DNA of 32,079 bases. Origin: a virus. Position 1 is the first letter of the stretch, and every line of letters starts with the position of its first letter. The stretch spans positions 1 through 32,079 of IMG/VR virus record IMGVR_UViG_3300045988_103181. One strand, 5' to 3'. The notes under the pieces were generated by a model. It saw nothing but the letters and a program-made list of their open reading frames with translations, was not told where the DNA came from and did not search any database. Both the position numbers and the translations under genes were made by a program. Of this stretch, positions 1-9,124 are shown in pieces.

Positions 1-1200
1 GAAACTTATTTCGGTTCTATAACCGGTTGGAGTTTAGAGACATTAAAAGGTAATATCTTAGAGCCTTTAAAAAAGTTTCTAGATGATATGAAATTAGAAA
101 AAGGAAGAGATTATATATTAAGGTGGCAGACTGATGAAAAGTATCTAGAAATATACAACATTAGATACTATTTCTTTGGTTTTAATAATGTACTTGCATT
201 TAATAAGATATTAGGTAAGCCTTTAATATTTGAATGGATAGATGAAAGTGCCAGAATATACTCACAGGATAATTTAAGAGAGCCATTTAATGAATTCCCT
301 GGTAGACAAGTATCTTATGCAGACCATCCTTATTTAAAGACTATACATTCATTCAATGTTGAGGGTGGGGAAAATCATCCATACAAAATTGACTACATAG
401 ATAAGAAGCCTTATGCTAAGCATTATTCTTTTTTCCCTTATGACAACCCTAAGATAAAAACAGAAGAAGCAATGCGAAAGGTATTAGAAATGTTTCCACC
501 TGGAAATCTAAGAGAACAAAAAATATTTAATAAATGGATACTTGCTACTGGCAGAGTATTCAATACTATAAACACTATAGATAGTCTTGATAATTATGCT
601 TTTAGAGAAATAGGGATAGGAATAGACTATGGTTCAGTCCATGCGACAGCATTTGTACCTATTGCTCTTGCTTATGATAAAATAAATAAGAAATGGGTAT
701 TAATAAGATTAGAGTATTACTACCATAATGCTGAAGAAGAACAAGATAACCCTACAACCGAATATTTTAGTAAGCAATTAAGACTATTCTTATTGTATCT
801 AAAAAGTGAATATGGGCAAGTGCCTATTACTACCATGGTATTAGATAGTGCCGCCGCTCACTTCCATAATAGATTAATTGCTGATAATATATCACATACA
901 TTAATCAATAAAAGCATGGATAATGTAGTTGAGGGAGTTCAATATATGCAATCTTTGTTTTATAAAGGATATCTGCTTATATATAAACAAAAAGCAATTA
1001 AGCATATAACTGATAGTGGCGAATTAATTTATAGTGGTAAAGATGATGGATTGCTTGAATTAGAAAGTTATAGATATGACTTAAAAGCAAGCACTAAAAG
1101 TGGTAAAGAAGCCTATGTAAAAGAGTTTGATGACCATATAGATGCTTTAAGGTATATCATAATTGAATTTAAAGAAACCGATAGAGCACCAGTAGTATAA
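1..1200 (+). CDS. terL: terminase large subunit, C-terminal continuation (gene starts at 31848 and wraps across the circular junction; 1-55 duplicates 32025-32079)
   Basis: Frame 1 from base 1 reads without a stop into the 88..1200 ORF. The N-terminal piece at the window end carries the Walker A motif GSTQSGKT. Size and layout fit a PBSX-type large terminase, about 458 aa in total. Confidence 0.85.
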   Translation, partial: ETYFGSITGWSLETLKGNILEPLKKFLDDMKLEKGRDYILRWQTDEKYLEIYNIRYYFFGFNNVLAFNKILGKPLIFEWIDESARIYSQDNLREPFNEFPGRQVSYADHPYLKTIHSFNVEGGENHPYKIDYIDKKPYAKHYSFFPYDNPKIKTEEAMRKVLEMFPPGNLREQKIFNKWILATGRVFNTINTIDSLDNYAFREIGIGIDYGSVHATAFVPIALAYDKINKKWVLIRLEYYYHNAEEEQDNPTTEYFSKQLRLFLLYLKSEYGQVPITTMVLDSAAAHFHNRLIADNISHTLINKSMDNVVEGVQYMQSLFYKGYLLIYKQKAIKHITDSGELIYSGKDDGLLELESYRYDLKASTKSGKEAYVKEFDDHIDALRYIIIEFKETDRAPVV

Positions 1201-1214
1201 AAGGAGTTGAATAT

Positions 1215-1736
1215 ATGGAAATGCAAGAAATTTGGAAAGATATCAAAAATTATGAAGGATTATATCAAGTCAGCAATTATGGGAAAGTAAAAAGTTTACC
1301 AAGAAAAGGAACACAAGCAAAAGAAGAAAGAATATTAAAAGTCAGTTATACTTATAATGGCTATGAAAGAGTTAATTTGTGTAAGAACAATAAAAATAAA
1401 CGATATTTAGTTCATAGATTAGTTGCGGAAACATTTATTCTAAATCCTAATGAATATCCTCAGATAAATCATATTGATGAAAACAAGCAAAATAATAAAG
1501 TTAGTAATTTAGAATGGTGTACTCGTTCTTATAACATTAATTATGGTAATAGAAATAATTGTTTGAATAAAGAAGTGTGGCAATATGATTTAAAAGGGAA
1601 ATTAATAAAAAAATGGAAAAGTACAATGGAAATACAAAGAAATTTAGGATTTAAAAATCAAAATATAAGTTCTGCGTGTAGAGGAACATACCATAAAGCA
1701 TATAATTATATATGGAAATACAAAGGGGTTGATTAA
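1215..1736 (+). CDS. HNH homing endonuclease (NUMOD4 motif plus HNH_3 domain), free-standing
   Basis: N-terminus WKDIKNYEGLYQVSNYGKVKS is a NUMOD4-like motif. The central stretch NGYERVNL...YLVHRLVAETFI...INHID..K.NN..NLEW resembles an I-HmuI-like HNH_3 domain. RBS AAGGAG lies upstream. Confidence 0.8.
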   Translation: MEMQEIWKDIKNYEGLYQVSNYGKVKSLPRKGTQAKEERILKVSYTYNGYERVNLCKNNKNKRYLVHRLVAETFILNPNEYPQINHIDENKQNNKVSNLEWCTRSYNINYGNRNNCLNKEVWQYDLKGKLIKKWKSTMEIQRNLGFKNQNISSACRGTYHKAYNYIWKYKGVD

Positions 1737-1953
1737 AATCGAAATTCGTTGCAAATCTACAAAAAGATATTTGTTTAAGATAGAAATTGAAGAATATTAT
1801 AAAAATCTAAAAAAAATGGGAATAGAAGTAGAAACTCCTTTGGTAATAGAATATCCTTGCCCTAAGTGTAAGATGATAGAAGTATATGAAATATATCCTA
1901 CTCATTACATACATATTAGAAGTTATAAAAGAGATGTTGACAATAATAAATAA
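1729..1953 (+). CDS. hypothetical small protein with CPKC zinc-ribbon-like motif
   Basis: 74-aa ORF overlapping the end of the HNH gene. No recognisable family. Confidence 0.35.
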   Translation: MIKIEIRCKSTKRYLFKIEIEEYYKNLKKMGIEVETPLVIEYPCPKCKMIEVYEIYPTHYIHIRSYKRDVDNNK

Positions 1954-1965
1954 TTATGCTATAAT
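1937..1965 (+). promoter_or_regulatory. sigma-A type promoter: TTGACA, 17 bp, TGcTATAAT
   Basis: Consensus -35 and extended -10 with a 17-bp spacer, read directly. It lies in the intergenic gap ahead of the portal operon and shares the 16-mer ATAATTATGCTATAAT with the promoter at 27172. Confidence 0.7.
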
Positions 1966-2073
1966 TTAAGAGATAGAAAAGTGCGAAAAAGTGTGTCGTA
2001 AACATAAGAAGCATATAGTTAAAGAGATAACTATATGTTTTTTATTATTTATACACATAGAAAGGAGTTAAAA

Positions 2074-2412
2074 ATGAGAACTCTAATAAAAAAAATAAGT
2101 GACATTTCATTGAATATTTTTGATAAAATTGTGGAAAAAGCACAAAAATTGAAAAAATATCTAATAAATAATAAGAAATGGACTTTATATTTATATTTAA
2201 ATGGTCAATGTATAGATAAAAGAAAAATAGATAAAGACTTTGCTCCTATGGGTAAGTTCTATGTAGTAAAAGTAAGAGGTATGAAACATTTACTAGGAAC
2301 TAATAGAAAAGTACAAATAGTAGTTCAAAGTTATAAATATAAATTGACTGATGAAAAGAAAAGAGAGGCTCATATTGAAACTCTAATATATGAGGGAGTT
2401 GATATTAAATGA
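2074..2412 (+). CDS. hypothetical protein (probable start at internal ATG with AAAGGAG RBS)
   Basis: ORF 2035..2412. An RBS precedes the ATG at 2074. Basic 112-aa product. Confidence 0.45.
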   Translation: MRTLIKKISDISLNIFDKIVEKAQKLKKYLINNKKWTLYLYLNGQCIDKRKIDKDFAPMGKFYVVKVRGMKHLLGTNRKVQIVVQSYKYKLTDEKKREAHIETLIYEGVDIK

Positions 2413-3773
2413 ATAATCAAGTAAGATTAAAATCAGCATACAATTATTTAGAGGCTCCATATATAAGAGTAGAGGCAACAGTAACTCAACCTGGTATAAC
2501 TAATGGGAAACCTAATATTTATAAGAAAAATGACTATATAATTGCTCCTAGTGGTAAAAAGGTTGCTACATATATAGTTAATCAAATATTTGGCTCAGAC
2601 TTAGTAACACAGACAGAGGGGTTATCAATAAATTGGTTAATGCCTACACTTAAAGAGAGCCTAGAATTAGCAGTATATGAAGAAGAGAGTTTTATATTAA
2701 TAAATAAGTTTGATAACAAGATATATCTAGAGTGTATCAAGAAATCAGACATACATGATTTAGTACAAAAATATGACAAAGTAATAAGCGGTACTATCAT
2801 ACAAGAGTTTGTTACTAAAGAAGATATATACGAACTTCATAGAAATATTAAGTTAGAGAATGGTATTACTTATATGACTATGGAAGTGTTTAAAGAAGAT
2901 AAAGGGGGTAAATTAATACCTGTTGATTTAGGAACATTTAATCTAAGAACTGGCAATGATTATATTCCTAAGTACATATTAAATTATGAAAATCTAATTA
3001 ATATAGATATAGGTCAGAATTTCTTTAAAGATAGTAAAAAATTCCTAAATGAAGAAATGGAAATATTCAACACCTTTGTTGATGAAATAGAAAAGACCAA
3101 AACTAAGATAGTAACAAGTCAACACTATCAAAGTGGAGACATAGTAACTAATTGGCAACCTGCCTCTAATCATTACAAAGTTGATACATTAAGTGTTGGT
3201 AAATTAGCAGATTACTTTACTTTATTACCTGGAGATAAAGACCATCAATTATTTGAATTTTTACAAGGTAATATTAGATTTAATGAATATATTAGTTCAT
3301 TTAAATTCTGTGATTATCAAGTAATTCAAATGGCTGGACTAAGCCCTGCAACATTTGGCTATGAAAAAGATGCTTATCAGAATGTTGATAGCATAGATTT
3401 AAGTAAGAATAATTCTGACATGACTATTGAGGCAATAAAGACACAAATAGAGCCTCAAATAAATCATTTATTAGAAAATGTTGTTAAAGCACAGCAAACA
3501 AATAATATACAAGTTAATCTAATACCTACCGAGTTAAATTGGGATTATGGAGCAAATGAGAAATTTAATGATATGAAGAAACTTCAAGTGTTAAGTAGAA
3601 TTCAAAGTGTTGGCAGTGTTCCATATAGTGTAAAGGCTAAGATAATAACACCTATCCTTAATAAGTTAATTGATGATGACTATGTAGGTAAGAATAGTAA
3701 GTTAATAGAAGAATTAATCAAGGCTAATAAAGAGGAAGAAGAAGAAATACAAGTTAAGTTTGGTGAGGTATAA
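2409..3773 (+). CDS. portal protein (SPP1 gp6-like)
   Basis: 454 aa. It sits in the position between the terminase region and the gp7-like minor head gene, with a GAGGGAG RBS. Size and gene order are typical of a siphovirus portal. Confidence 0.7.
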   Translation: MNNQVRLKSAYNYLEAPYIRVEATVTQPGITNGKPNIYKKNDYIIAPSGKKVATYIVNQIFGSDLVTQTEGLSINWLMPTLKESLELAVYEEESFILINKFDNKIYLECIKKSDIHDLVQKYDKVISGTIIQEFVTKEDIYELHRNIKLENGITYMTMEVFKEDKGGKLIPVDLGTFNLRTGNDYIPKYILNYENLINIDIGQNFFKDSKKFLNEEMEIFNTFVDEIEKTKTKIVTSQHYQSGDIVTNWQPASNHYKVDTLSVGKLADYFTLLPGDKDHQLFEFLQGNIRFNEYISSFKFCDYQVIQMAGLSPATFGYEKDAYQNVDSIDLSKNNSDMTIEAIKTQIEPQINHLLENVVKAQQTNNIQVNLIPTELNWDYGANEKFNDMKKLQVLSRIQSVGSVPYSVKAKIITPILNKLIDDDYVGKNSKLIEELIKANKEEEEEIQVKFGEV

Positions 3774-4744
3774 TGAAAGACCCATTTAGTTTATTTATAG
3801 AAGGTAGTGCTTACTATTCAAAGAATGAATATTATAAACTAATGTATGAAACTAAACGAGTATTCTTCGATTACCTATATAAGAATAAAACTCTAGCAGA
3901 GTTCAAAAAAGAAACAGCAAAGATATGGGAAAAGGTAAACCATAAATATATGGCTGAAAGAATAAAAGAACTTGAAGATATGATAATGGCTAGAGATTTA
4001 GAGGGAAATAAAATACTAAACCCCGATGCCGAATATAAACAAATATATGAATTAGCAAGTGAAAAAGTATTCCAAAATGTAGAGAAAAAATATAAATATA
4101 ATATTGATGAATATTATAAAGGCAGAAGAAAGACAGCAAACAAAAGTTATATAGATAGAGAAAGTTATTTATCTAAATTAGTAACCAAATACGATGAAGT
4201 GCAAGCAACTATACCATACCATAATAAAGATGGAAGTGTAAGAAGTTGGCACAACATTGCTGATTATAATTCAATGCTTTATAACACTAATCTTAATCAT
4301 GCAGGATGGAATAGAACGATGTACGATGCTAATTTATTAGAGAAAGAACTTTTATACTTACCAGCCCATACATTCGCTTGCCCTTTATGTATGCCTTATC
4401 AAGGTAAGGTATATGACAAAAATGGAGGAAGTGGATATACTTCTGATGGAATTAGATATTATCCACAAGAAGAAGCAATTGCTGGTGGTGTAGGTCATCC
4501 TAATTGTAGACACCAATGGACTATATATTGGGATAAAGACCAAATACAAGAAAATGATTATAATTCCGACAAGTGGCAAGAAGATTATGAAAAAAAGCAA
4601 AAGATACAAGCCCTACAACTAAAAAGAACTAAATTAAAAAATGATAAAAAGATATATGAAAATTTAGGAAATGGAAGTGAGGTAGATAAAACAAATGCTA
4701 AAATAAAAAAGATAAATGCTACTATAAAAGAATTAAATAAATAG
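3773..4744 (+). CDS. minor head / head morphogenesis protein (SPP1 gp7 / Mu F family)
   Basis: C-terminal region carries the HPNCRH and CPLC motifs characteristic of the Phage_Mu_F family. It directly follows the portal gene. Confidence 0.7.
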   Translation: MKDPFSLFIEGSAYYSKNEYYKLMYETKRVFFDYLYKNKTLAEFKKETAKIWEKVNHKYMAERIKELEDMIMARDLEGNKILNPDAEYKQIYELASEKVFQNVEKKYKYNIDEYYKGRRKTANKSYIDRESYLSKLVTKYDEVQATIPYHNKDGSVRSWHNIADYNSMLYNTNLNHAGWNRTMYDANLLEKELLYLPAHTFACPLCMPYQGKVYDKNGGSGYTSDGIRYYPQEEAIAGGVGHPNCRHQWTIYWDKDQIQENDYNSDKWQEDYEKKQKIQALQLKRTKLKNDKKIYENLGNGSEVDKTNAKIKKINATIKELNK

Positions 4745-4823
4745 ACCAATTGCTATTAAGTCTATAAAAGGTTAGCAGTCGCGACACACTTTTATCACTT
4801 CTAAAAAAAGGAGAATGATAAAT

Positions 4824-5372
4824 ATGAATTTTGATATTACTAAATATCTAAAAAACAAAGAGATTACTATAAGTAATGATGACCTAGATGTTTCTGCTAT
4901 GGAAAAAGACCTTTATAAAGGCTATACAAAGAATAGTGATATTCCTAAGGCTGATTATTCAGGATATGTAAAGAAAGAAGATTATACTAAACTTCAAGGA
5001 GATTATGCAAATCTAGAAACTAACTACAACAATACTGTCAAGACTTTAAGTGAAGCAAATGATAAGATGGGTAGATTAAGTCTAGAGAATAAACTCGTTA
5101 AGAGAGGTTTTAAAGAAGAAAACTTTGATGAAGTAGTTAAATTAAGGAATAGTCTTTATGCTGATGAAAAAGATGATGATAAAGCAATTGAGGGAATAGT
5201 AACTAGATTTAAAAATACATATTTCCCAGAAACAGAAAAGAAAAATAACATACCATTTACACAAGCACCTAATGAGGGTGGAGTAAATGGAAATAATGCT
5301 AATACTGGTAAAGATATAAAGATAACAAGAGGTACTAGCATTAAAGATTTAATGATACCTGTAACTAAGTAA
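4824..5372 (+). CDS. capsid scaffolding protein (DUF4355-like)
   Basis: Acidic, coiled-coil-rich 183 aa immediately upstream of the major capsid gene. The ATG at 4824 has better spacing from the AAAGGAG RBS than the ATG at 4815. Confidence 0.65.
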   Translation: MNFDITKYLKNKEITISNDDLDVSAMEKDLYKGYTKNSDIPKADYSGYVKKEDYTKLQGDYANLETNYNNTVKTLSEANDKMGRLSLENKLVKRGFKEENFDEVVKLRNSLYADEKDDDKAIEGIVTRFKNTYFPETEKKNNIPFTQAPNEGGVNGNNANTGKDIKITRGTSIKDLMIPVTK

Positions 5373-5412
5373 TTTTAGTTAAATATAGAGGAAAGAAAAG
5401 GAGGAAGAAATT

Positions 5413-6570
5413 ATGAATTTTACAGGAGTTAATTTAGACCTACAAGGTTTAATGAAAAGAACTTATGCTAATTTACTTTACAATTCTCAATTCTATAAAA
5501 TGCTAGACAGAAAATGGTTTGAAGTTGGAAGAACTGGCACTCCAATTATTGAGATTGTTAAGCAATTAGACACTGCATTAAATGTAAGAAATAATGTAGA
5601 AATCGCACAAGGAGGAATTACAAACGAACTTGCTACTTACAATTCAGTAAAAGTTGACTTAACTGAATTACCTATGGACTATTCATTTAGAGTAAGTCCA
5701 ATAGTAATGGGTAGTGGTATCGAAAGAGCAATCGAGGGACAAATCGAATTAAAAGAGGCTCAAATATCTAGACAAATCGACGTTTATGGCTTTAATAAAT
5801 TAAATGCTGATATTACAGGCTCTGCCGATGGTTCAATGGCTTATACTGATGGACAAATCACTAAATGGGCTCCAGCAAGTGGAACTGAAACTATCGAATT
5901 AATCAATGATTTAAAATCTAAATTATTTGATAGAAATATCTATGATGGATACCTATTAGGACTAAGTTCAACTGCTTATGCTTACTTTATCTCAAGTTTA
6001 ACATCTATTCTTAAATACGAAACAAGAGCAGGTGTTGAGGGTGTTGATATGGGACAAGTTGCTGATGCTTATGGTGTTAGTGTGTTCCAGATTAATAGTA
6101 ATGTAATTGAAAAAGATAAAGAAGGTAAAGATACAAATGTAGTTGGATACTTTGCTAATGAAGTTGGTACAGTTGGTGATACATTCTGGAGTTCATTTGC
6201 TCAATACAATGGTAACTTCCCTGGCTACCCAGGATACTTCGTTGTTGAGGGAAATGTAATGTTCGGAGCAAAAGTAGTAAGACCAGAAGCAGTTATTAAA
6301 TTAGTTGAAAGTATTCCAACAGTTGATGCTGGTTCATTCGATACTGGTAAAGTTGGACAAAATTATACTCAAAAAACAGCATTCGCTGGTACAGAAGTTG
6401 TTAAATATGAGGCTGGTGGACTTCCTGCTGGATTATCATTAAATGCAACATCTGGAGAAGTTACTGGAATACCAACAGAAGCAGGTTCATTCAATGTTTC
6501 AATCTATGGTGTAGATAAATATGGTAACTATTCTAATGCATTCAATGGAACAATTGTAATTGCTGAATAG
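5413..6570 (+). CDS. major capsid protein with C-terminal Ig-like (Big_2-type) domain
   Basis: 385 aa after the scaffold gene with a strong GGAGG RBS and high-expression codon usage. The C-terminus LPAGLSLNATSGEVTGIPTEAGSFNVSIYGVD is a bacterial Ig-like motif. Confidence 0.75.
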   Translation: MNFTGVNLDLQGLMKRTYANLLYNSQFYKMLDRKWFEVGRTGTPIIEIVKQLDTALNVRNNVEIAQGGITNELATYNSVKVDLTELPMDYSFRVSPIVMGSGIERAIEGQIELKEAQISRQIDVYGFNKLNADITGSADGSMAYTDGQITKWAPASGTETIELINDLKSKLFDRNIYDGYLLGLSSTAYAYFISSLTSILKYETRAGVEGVDMGQVADAYGVSVFQINSNVIEKDKEGKDTNVVGYFANEVGTVGDTFWSSFAQYNGNFPGYPGYFVVEGNVMFGAKVVRPEAVIKLVESIPTVDAGSFDTGKVGQNYTQKTAFAGTEVVKYEAGGLPAGLSLNATSGEVTGIPTEAGSFNVSIYGVDKYGNYSNAFNGTIVIAE

Positions 6571-6589
6571 TTAGAAAGGAAGTGAGAAA

Positions 6590-6970
6590 ATGCAATTTTT
6601 CACAATAGCAGAGTTCGAGGATAAATACCCAGACTATGCAAATGCTGATATTTCAACTTGGCAGATAGAAGCAGTAAGTGAGATGATTTTCTCACAAATA
6701 GGCTTAAGATATAGGGATGCTAGTTGGGATGCAATTAGTGTCCCTTTGCCTATTAAAAATGCTTCTATGGAACAAATGAGGTTTGTATTAGAACACGATA
6801 TTCCATTTGTTGATTTTGATAAAGATATAAAGGCAGGAACAATGAGTTCTCCTTTAAAGACTGATTATTCTACTTTAGCACTAAGAATACTTGCTAATAA
6901 TGGATATCTATATAGAGGTACACCAATGTCTAGTAATATGGCTCTTACTATACCATTTGGAGGCGAATAA
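6590..6970 (+). CDS. head-tail connector / DNA packaging protein (gp6/gp15-like)
   Basis: 126 aa in the position after the capsid gene with a GGAAG RBS, the conserved slot in SPP1-like gene order. Confidence 0.55.
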   Translation: MQFFTIAEFEDKYPDYANADISTWQIEAVSEMIFSQIGLRYRDASWDAISVPLPIKNASMEQMRFVLEHDIPFVDFDKDIKAGTMSSPLKTDYSTLALRILANNGYLYRGTPMSSNMALTIPFGGE

Positions 6971-6971
6971 T

Positions 6972-7292
6972 ATGTTTTTAGTAAATGGTATGAAAGCAAC
7001 ATTAAGACAATTTAATCGTGATGAAAATGATGAAATATTTGACGATACTAATTATAAAGAAGTTCCAATTAAATGTTGCCCTTTTGATTGCGAAAGTGCT
7101 ATAAGGTTCGGTATTTATACAGTACCTGAGGCTACTGGTTATTATCAAGTTGGAAGACTTGTTGATGTAAAAGCAGGAGACCAAATAATTTATCTAGGCA
7201 AATATGCCGATAATAAAGTTCATACAGTGTTAAAAGTTCAAGATAGTTGGATATTTAATAGAGTAGAAAATAAAATTATAGCGGTAAAATAA
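6972..7292 (+). CDS. head closure / head-tail adaptor protein (gp16-like)
   Basis: The ATG at 6972 follows a GGAGG RBS, whereas the track ORF begins earlier inside the previous gene. A 106-aa product is the typical size for this slot. Confidence 0.55.
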   Translation: MFLVNGMKATLRQFNRDENDEIFDDTNYKEVPIKCCPFDCESAIRFGIYTVPEATGYYQVGRLVDVKAGDQIIYLGKYADNKVHTVLKVQDSWIFNRVENKIIAVK

Positions 7293-7648
7293 TGGCTGAT
7301 AATGTAAGTGTTTCGGTAAAATGGGAACCTGGGTCAAAGATGGCTCTTATGAGTGCTCCTGATAAGATGATGTATGCAATTGCAAGACAGACACTTGATA
7401 GAAGTTTAGTTCATATTCCACTTAAAAGTGGTAAAATGAGACAAACATCAATGGCAGCAGGAATTAGAGGAAGCAATGGAAATTATTACATAGGTTCTTA
7501 TACTGATTATGCTAAATATGTATGGGTTATGCCTAGAAAAACACATTGGAGTGAACCTGGTACCTTTGGTAAATGGTACCAAGAAACATACAAAAAGTTT
7601 ATGAAAAATATAGTCAGTATTTCTATAAAGGAGAATGAATTGAAATGA
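7292..7648 (+). CDS. head-tail joining / HK97 gp10-like tail component
   Basis: 118 aa whose stop overlaps the next start (ATGA-type coupling), placed in the conserved morphogenesis gene order. Confidence 0.5.
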   Translation: MADNVSVSVKWEPGSKMALMSAPDKMMYAIARQTLDRSLVHIPLKSGKMRQTSMAAGIRGSNGNYYIGSYTDYAKYVWVMPRKTHWSEPGTFGKWYQETYKKFMKNIVSISIKENELK

Positions 7649-8094
7649 CAAGAGAGTTATTAGAAAAGAAACAATTAATCTTAATTAAATATCTTCAAAA
7701 TATAGTTAGTGGTTATACCACTGACAAATGGAAAATAAAAGCCGAATATTCAACAAATGATAATGACAGTAGGGTAATAGTCGTACAAGAACAAAGCGGA
7801 CAAAAACAAGTATTCTATGGCGATATATTGCCTATGTATAATTATTATATGATTGACATATATGGACTTACAATTAAAGAGTGTAAAGAATTATCTTTAT
7901 TAATAGGTAATCTAATAGGAAAATCGGAAAGAATAGAAGTTGAAAATAAAGAAACTAATAAATTGGAAAGGTGGCAAATTATATTTACTCAATATGTTAA
8001 TCCACAAGCAATAGAGTATATGGACATCAGAAGAGTTGGGTATAATTCTACTTTACAATGTATTATAAGTAAGATTTATGAAAAAGATTTATAG
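7645..8094 (+). CDS. tail completion protein (gp17-like)
   Basis: 149 aa positioned immediately upstream of the major tail protein gene. Confidence 0.5.
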   Translation: MTRELLEKKQLILIKYLQNIVSGYTTDKWKIKAEYSTNDNDSRVIVVQEQSGQKQVFYGDILPMYNYYMIDIYGLTIKECKELSLLIGNLIGKSERIEVENKETNKLERWQIIFTQYVNPQAIEYMDIRRVGYNSTLQCIISKIYEKDL

Positions 8095-8109
8095 AAAGGA
8101 AGTGTAAAT

Positions 8110-8583
8110 ATGAATGAATTTTATGTAAATAATAGAGAAGTCATCAAAAATTTAGGTTTAAATAATGGTACTAGTGCAGTCCCTGCGTTTACTCCTATGT
8201 GTACAACTACCGAGGTTGGTTTGACAACTGATTTCGAGCAACAAGACTGGTATGTGTTCTGCGATGCTATTCAAAGAAGTATAATTACTGGTGCTGCCAT
8301 CTCTATTGATACCACTGTTAAAATTGATATGAATAATGCTTCTATAGTTAAAATATTAGGAGATATTCATACATTAATCAAAGATGGTGCTGTTGCTCAA
8401 TTCAACAATCAATTAGTACAATTCGAATTATTAACAGGAGTTCAAGAGGGAGCATTGACTTATACTAAGTATAAAGTACCTTGTACTTTGAATTTTAGTG
8501 ATTTAGGCGGTGCTGCCGAAGATAGTGGCGAGTTTGCTTTGACTATTGTTGTAACTGGCAAAGGAGAAGTTGTAGCAGGATAA
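8110..8583 (+). CDS. major tail protein
   Basis: 157 aa with a GGAAG RBS, followed by a strong terminator. This is the canonical slot before the tape measure gene. Confidence 0.65.
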   Translation: MNEFYVNNREVIKNLGLNNGTSAVPAFTPMCTTTEVGLTTDFEQQDWYVFCDAIQRSIITGAAISIDTTVKIDMNNASIVKILGDIHTLIKDGAVAQFNNQLVQFELLTGVQEGALTYTKYKVPCTLNFSDLGGAAEDSGEFALTIVVTGKGEVVAG

Positions 8584-8587
8584 ACCT

Positions 8588-8625
8588 ATAAGGGTTGGGT
8601 TAAAAGCCCAGCCCTTTATTTTATA
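8588..8625 (+). terminator. rho-independent terminator (10-bp stem AAGGGTTGGG/CCCAGCCCTT followed by a T-run)
   Basis: Hairpin and T-run read directly from the sequence, immediately after the major tail protein stop. Confidence 0.7.
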
Positions 8626-8642
8626 ATAAGGAGGTGGAATAA

Positions 8643-9124
8643 ATGAATGGAGGAGAAGTCATCTTCAAGTTTAAAGGAGATGATAAAGACCTAGAAAAAA
8701 AGACTAATGGTGTCACTGGTAAATTGAAAGCAAGTACTGTCGCTCTTGGCAACTTAATGTCTAGTGCTATTGAAAAAGTCGGCAGTTCTTTGTTAGGACT
8801 TGGCAAAAATGCCTTGCAAGGTGTTGCTGATTTAGAGCAGAATATCGGAGGTGTAGAGACACTTTTCAAAGATAGTGCTGATACAGTTATAGAGAACTCA
8901 AAAAAAGCCTATACAACAGCGGGAATAGATGCTAATAAGTATATGGAGCAAATAACTTCATTTAGTGCTAGTTTATTACAAAGCCTAGGTGGAGATACTG
9001 CAGAGGCAGCCAAAGTCGGCGATATGGCTATTCAAGATATGGCAGACAACTCAAACAAGTTTGGTACTGCCATTGAGAATATTCAAAATGCTTATCAAGG
9101 GTTCGCTAAGCAGAATTATACGAT
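8643..9124 (+). CDS. tape measure protein, exon 1
   Basis: Ends ...NIQNAYQGFAKQNYT, which is the N-terminal half of the TMP motif AKQNYTMLDNLKLGYGGTKTEMERLL, conserved in my recollection of Firmicutes phage TMPs. The exon ends in a U (T at 9124). Confidence 0.75.

Noticed and set aside
4778-4785. GC-rich perfect palindrome GTCGCGAC between the minor head and scaffold genes
   Set aside because: An isolated 8-bp palindrome that stands out only because of local GC content. No associated repeats or ORF. Probably incidental.
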